Origin: an uncultured delta proteobacterium
GTDB lineage: Bacteria > Desulfobacterota > Binatia > Binatales > Binataceae
Assembly (NCBI GenBank): GCA_963711565.1
Contig: CAVQEQ010000004.1
Coordinates: 960,001 to 1,024,000, forward strand
DNA: 64,000 bases
Direction of reading: 5' to 3'
Of the stretch, positions 61,563 through 64,000 are shown piece after piece (positions within the stretch are counted from its first letter, which is position 1; every line of letters starts with the position of its first letter). The position numbers and the translations under genes were made by a program. Under the pieces are notes generated by a model. That model was not told the origin of the DNA and made no database searches. It was given only the letters and a program-made list of their open reading frames with translations.

Positions 61563-62624
61563 ATGACAACCCGAATTGCGCTCGACAATTACGTCTACGA
61601 AGACATCTATCCCGCCTTCAAGGCGACGACTAACGAAAAACAGATCACCGCGAACATCAGTCAGGCGTTCCTGAACAATCTTGCACAGCAAAAGATGGTG
61701 CTCGAGGGCGAGACACCGGCGACCGTCGCGGATATCGGCTCCGGGCCGTGCGACACGATCGTCAAGTACCTGACTGGAGTTCGGTTCGCGCCGGGGTATG
61801 TTGTGCGCGCCACCGATTTTCTTCCCGAGTACGCTGATTCGGAGCATGGCGAGGCGCTCAAGCTGCTGGCGGAGGCGCAGGCAAAAAATACGATCAGGCT
61901 TGCGGGATTCTCGGCGCGCGCAGGCGATGCGTTCGCCGGGAAGTTGCTCGAACTGCTGACGGGGCCCGACGGTGCGAGCGCACGTGCCGCATTTCGGATC
62001 GTGTTTGCGTCGCATGTCATGTATCACGCCGACGGCATCGTCGATGTGCGCCGCACGATGGCGGACATCGCGAACAATTTACTTGCGCCTAACGGCATCT
62101 GCATCATGTTTCATCTCGCGAGCACACCGGGGACCTTCCAGGGCTATCGCGCGCGCTTTGGCAGCGAGAAGGGTTCCAGCCCCAGCGACACCGGCGCGGT
62201 AACAATCGACGACCCGCCAACCCAGATAGCAAAGGCGTGCGCCGACCTTGGCGTGCCGTTCCATCAGATGGATTTCACAACTAGCCTACGATTCGGGACG
62301 CTGGGCGACAGCGAATGGCGTGCGTTCAAAGATCCGAATTCGTACGACGCGTTGGCCGAGTCAAATCCCGGCGCTTATGAGGATCTCAAAAGGCTCTATT
62401 TCATAATTCAGCGCGCGCCGCGCGAGTTCGCCGCCGATCGCTCCAAGACCGGGTTGAATCAGTACATGGACGAGATGCGCGAGCTGCTCGAGCGCACCCG
62501 CGGCGTGCTCCCGCTCGCGGAGCGAATGCAAGTGTTTACGCGAGCCGATGCGCCACCTCCGTTGACCGCTGCGATCCCCGTCGCGATGGCATCGGCATCC
62601 GCTGCGGCACAGCAAGCCGTCTGA
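61563..62624 (+). CDS. class I SAM-dependent methyltransferase-like protein
   Basis: ADIGSG motif I and FRIVFASHVMYH motif IV-like; substrate unknown. Confidence 0.65.
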   Translation: MTTRIALDNYVYEDIYPAFKATTNEKQITANISQAFLNNLAQQKMVLEGETPATVADIGSGPCDTIVKYLTGVRFAPGYVVRATDFLPEYADSEHGEALKLLAEAQAKNTIRLAGFSARAGDAFAGKLLELLTGPDGASARAAFRIVFASHVMYHADGIVDVRRTMADIANNLLAPNGICIMFHLASTPGTFQGYRARFGSEKGSSPSDTGAVTIDDPPTQIAKACADLGVPFHQMDFTTSLRFGTLGDSEWRAFKDPNSYDALAESNPGAYEDLKRLYFIIQRAPREFAADRSKTGLNQYMDEMRELLERTRGVLPLAERMQVFTRADAPPPLTAAIPVAMASASAAAQQAV

Positions 62625-62635
62625 CCGAATCATCC

Positions 62636-62944
62636 TCACGTTGGAGGATTCCCCAGCGCGGCGGGGCCGCCGGGCGTTGTCTTCGAGTCCGATCGATCAA
62701 GCCATCGCACCGAAAAATACGCGCCGATCCACGAGCCTGCTGCCGCGAAGATTACGTATATCGAGTTGCCGGTGTAGCTGATTACGGCGAACGCCGACAG
62801 CAGGTACCATAGCGCGCTCCACGACGCTGCCCGCGACGGGCGGCGCGCCGTCACTGCTGCGTTGAACATTACATATACAGCGTCGGTTGCGGCCGTCGAC
62901 GCTACGACGCCTGCCGCGATCAGTGGACTCAGGTTGAGCGTCAT
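62636..62944 (-). CDS. small hypothetical membrane protein
   Basis: GGAGG RBS; three hydrophobic segments. Confidence 0.7.
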   Translation of the reverse strand: MTLNLSPLIAAGVVASTAATDAVYVMFNAAVTARRPSRAASWSALWYLLSAFAVISYTGNSIYVIFAAAGSWIGAYFSVRWLDRSDSKTTPGGPAALGNPPT

Positions 62945-62968
62945 CGGCTCCTCCATCTGCGAAAGTTG

Positions 62969-63466
62969 CTAGCTCTTCTTTGACGCCTCGGCCGCTTTGA
63001 GGCGCGCGCTCGCGAGCGCGAATATTCCCCAGTTGCCGGTCTGCCACGAGAGGGTCAGCTTGCACGCGCGGATTTTCCATCCGGCGGGCGTGCGCACGAA
63101 GCGATTCGTGTAATACCCATACATGGTTTGTGTACTATCGCCGGCAGGGTTCGGTAAAAAATGCCGCGCCTGCACGTATGCGATGCAGGTCGCGTCGTCG
63201 CCGGCCACCGTGATCACGTGATTCGTGATCATATGCTGTGTCGCCTTGAGGCCGCTGAGCGAGCGCCGCGCCGCCTCGGTCCATCGGTCGGCGCTGACCT
63301 TGCGCGGCTCGCCGCCGAAGACCGAGGTGAAGTCGGTCTCGATTTCATCGGTGAAGCATGAGCGGAACAGCGGCCAGTCGCGCGAGTCCAGTCCGGTCGC
63401 ATAGCGCAACTGCACGTCGCTGATCTCCGCGCGGTCGAGCAGCAATTGAAGCCTGGCGTCGTCCAT
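62969..63466 (-). CDS. SnoaL-like / NTF2 family protein
   Basis: L.DR.EI.D...RY...LD..DW, TQH.ITN, R...GWKI. Confidence 0.88.
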   Translation of the reverse strand: MDDARLQLLLDRAEISDVQLRYATGLDSRDWPLFRSCFTDEIETDFTSVFGGEPRKVSADRWTEAARRSLSGLKATQHMITNHVITVAGDDATCIAYVQARHFLPNPAGDSTQTMYGYYTNRFVRTPAGWKIRACKLTLSWQTGNWGIFALASARLKAAEASKKS

Positions 63467-63580
63467 GATGATTGTCTCCGTCGGAACATTCGTAGCGAAA
63501 ATTTCACTTCTTGCGTCTATCAACAAACCCCGGCCAGTGCGAGAATTTTGCAGGCTACGGCAACTCGAGGTCCTTTCTCC

Positions 63581-64000
63581 ATGGCAGAACCGCTCTCAGA
63601 CCAGCAGCTTTCTCTAATCGACGCGTACTGGCGAGCCTCCAACTACCTGACCGTCGGCCAAATCTACCTGATGGCGAATCCTCTACTGCGCGAGCCGCTG
63701 CGGCCCGAGCACATCAAGCCGCGTCTGCTTGGGCATTGGGGGACTTCGCCGGGGCAAAATTTTATCTACGTGCATCTGAACCGGCTGATTCGCGAGCGCG
63801 ACGCCAACATCATTTATATATCCGGTCCCGGCCACGGCGGACCGTCGGTCATGTCGCACACCTATCTCGAGGGTACGTACTCCGAGATTTATCCGCGGAT
63901 TTCCGAGGACGCCGAGGGTATGCGCCTCCTGTTTCGCCAATTCTCGTCGCCGGGCGGCGTGCCAAGTCATGCGGGCCCTCACGTGCCGGGGTCGATCAAC
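63581..64000 (+). CDS. xfp: phosphoketolase (3'-truncated by window edge)
   Basis: Translated by hand: [46 protein letters not shown]. Confidence 0.93.
   Translation, partial: MAEPLSDQQLSLIDAYWRASNYLTVGQIYLMANPLLREPLRPEHIKPRLLGHWGTSPGQNFIYVHLNRLIRERDANIIYISGPGHGGPSVMSHTYLEGTYSEIYPRISEDAEGMRLLFRQFSSPGGVPSHAGPHVPGSIN

Noticed and set aside
61424-64000. Prophage or integrative element at tRNA-Gly
   Set aside because: No integrase or att duplication visible within the window

Overview
High-GC bacterial chromosomal window. Gene order and content resemble Deltaproteobacteria-like lineages, possibly Candidatus Binatota (inference only). It is mostly core housekeeping: ilvB (partial), tilS-ftsH-folP-cdaA-cdaR-glmM, pdxJ, nnr, tsaE, lysC-cimA-cysE, iscS-mnmA-mtaB-rnc-era-der-guaA-gltX, clpP, copA, prmA-rsmE-gshB, dnaG, rmuC, clpS-clpA, nadB, pgsA and a phosphoketolase (partial). 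RNA genes are tRNA-Phe, tRNA-Ile2(CAT), tRNA-Gly and rnpB. No CRISPR array, integrase or transposase is visible. The most notable signals are: (1) a DUF559 endonuclease gene between ~71-bp inverted REP-like palindromic repeats, with related gene-less palindrome doublets and clusters elsewhere, a candidate nuclease/REP mobile system; (2) a second, synonymously diverged copy of the clpA 3' end bracketing a GrpB gene; (3) recurrent Asp-to-Asn (GAC to AAC) changes at normally conserved residues of core enzymes, all in CGACG/CGTCG contexts, plus a frameshift at a GACGTC site in a cupredoxin gene; (4) a CopA with a Cys/His/Met-rich C-terminal module that has its own RBS; (5) a secreted protein with 21-aa Ala-rich repeats, possibly a beta-solenoid; (6) a second family of intergenic repeats with a covarying hairpin.
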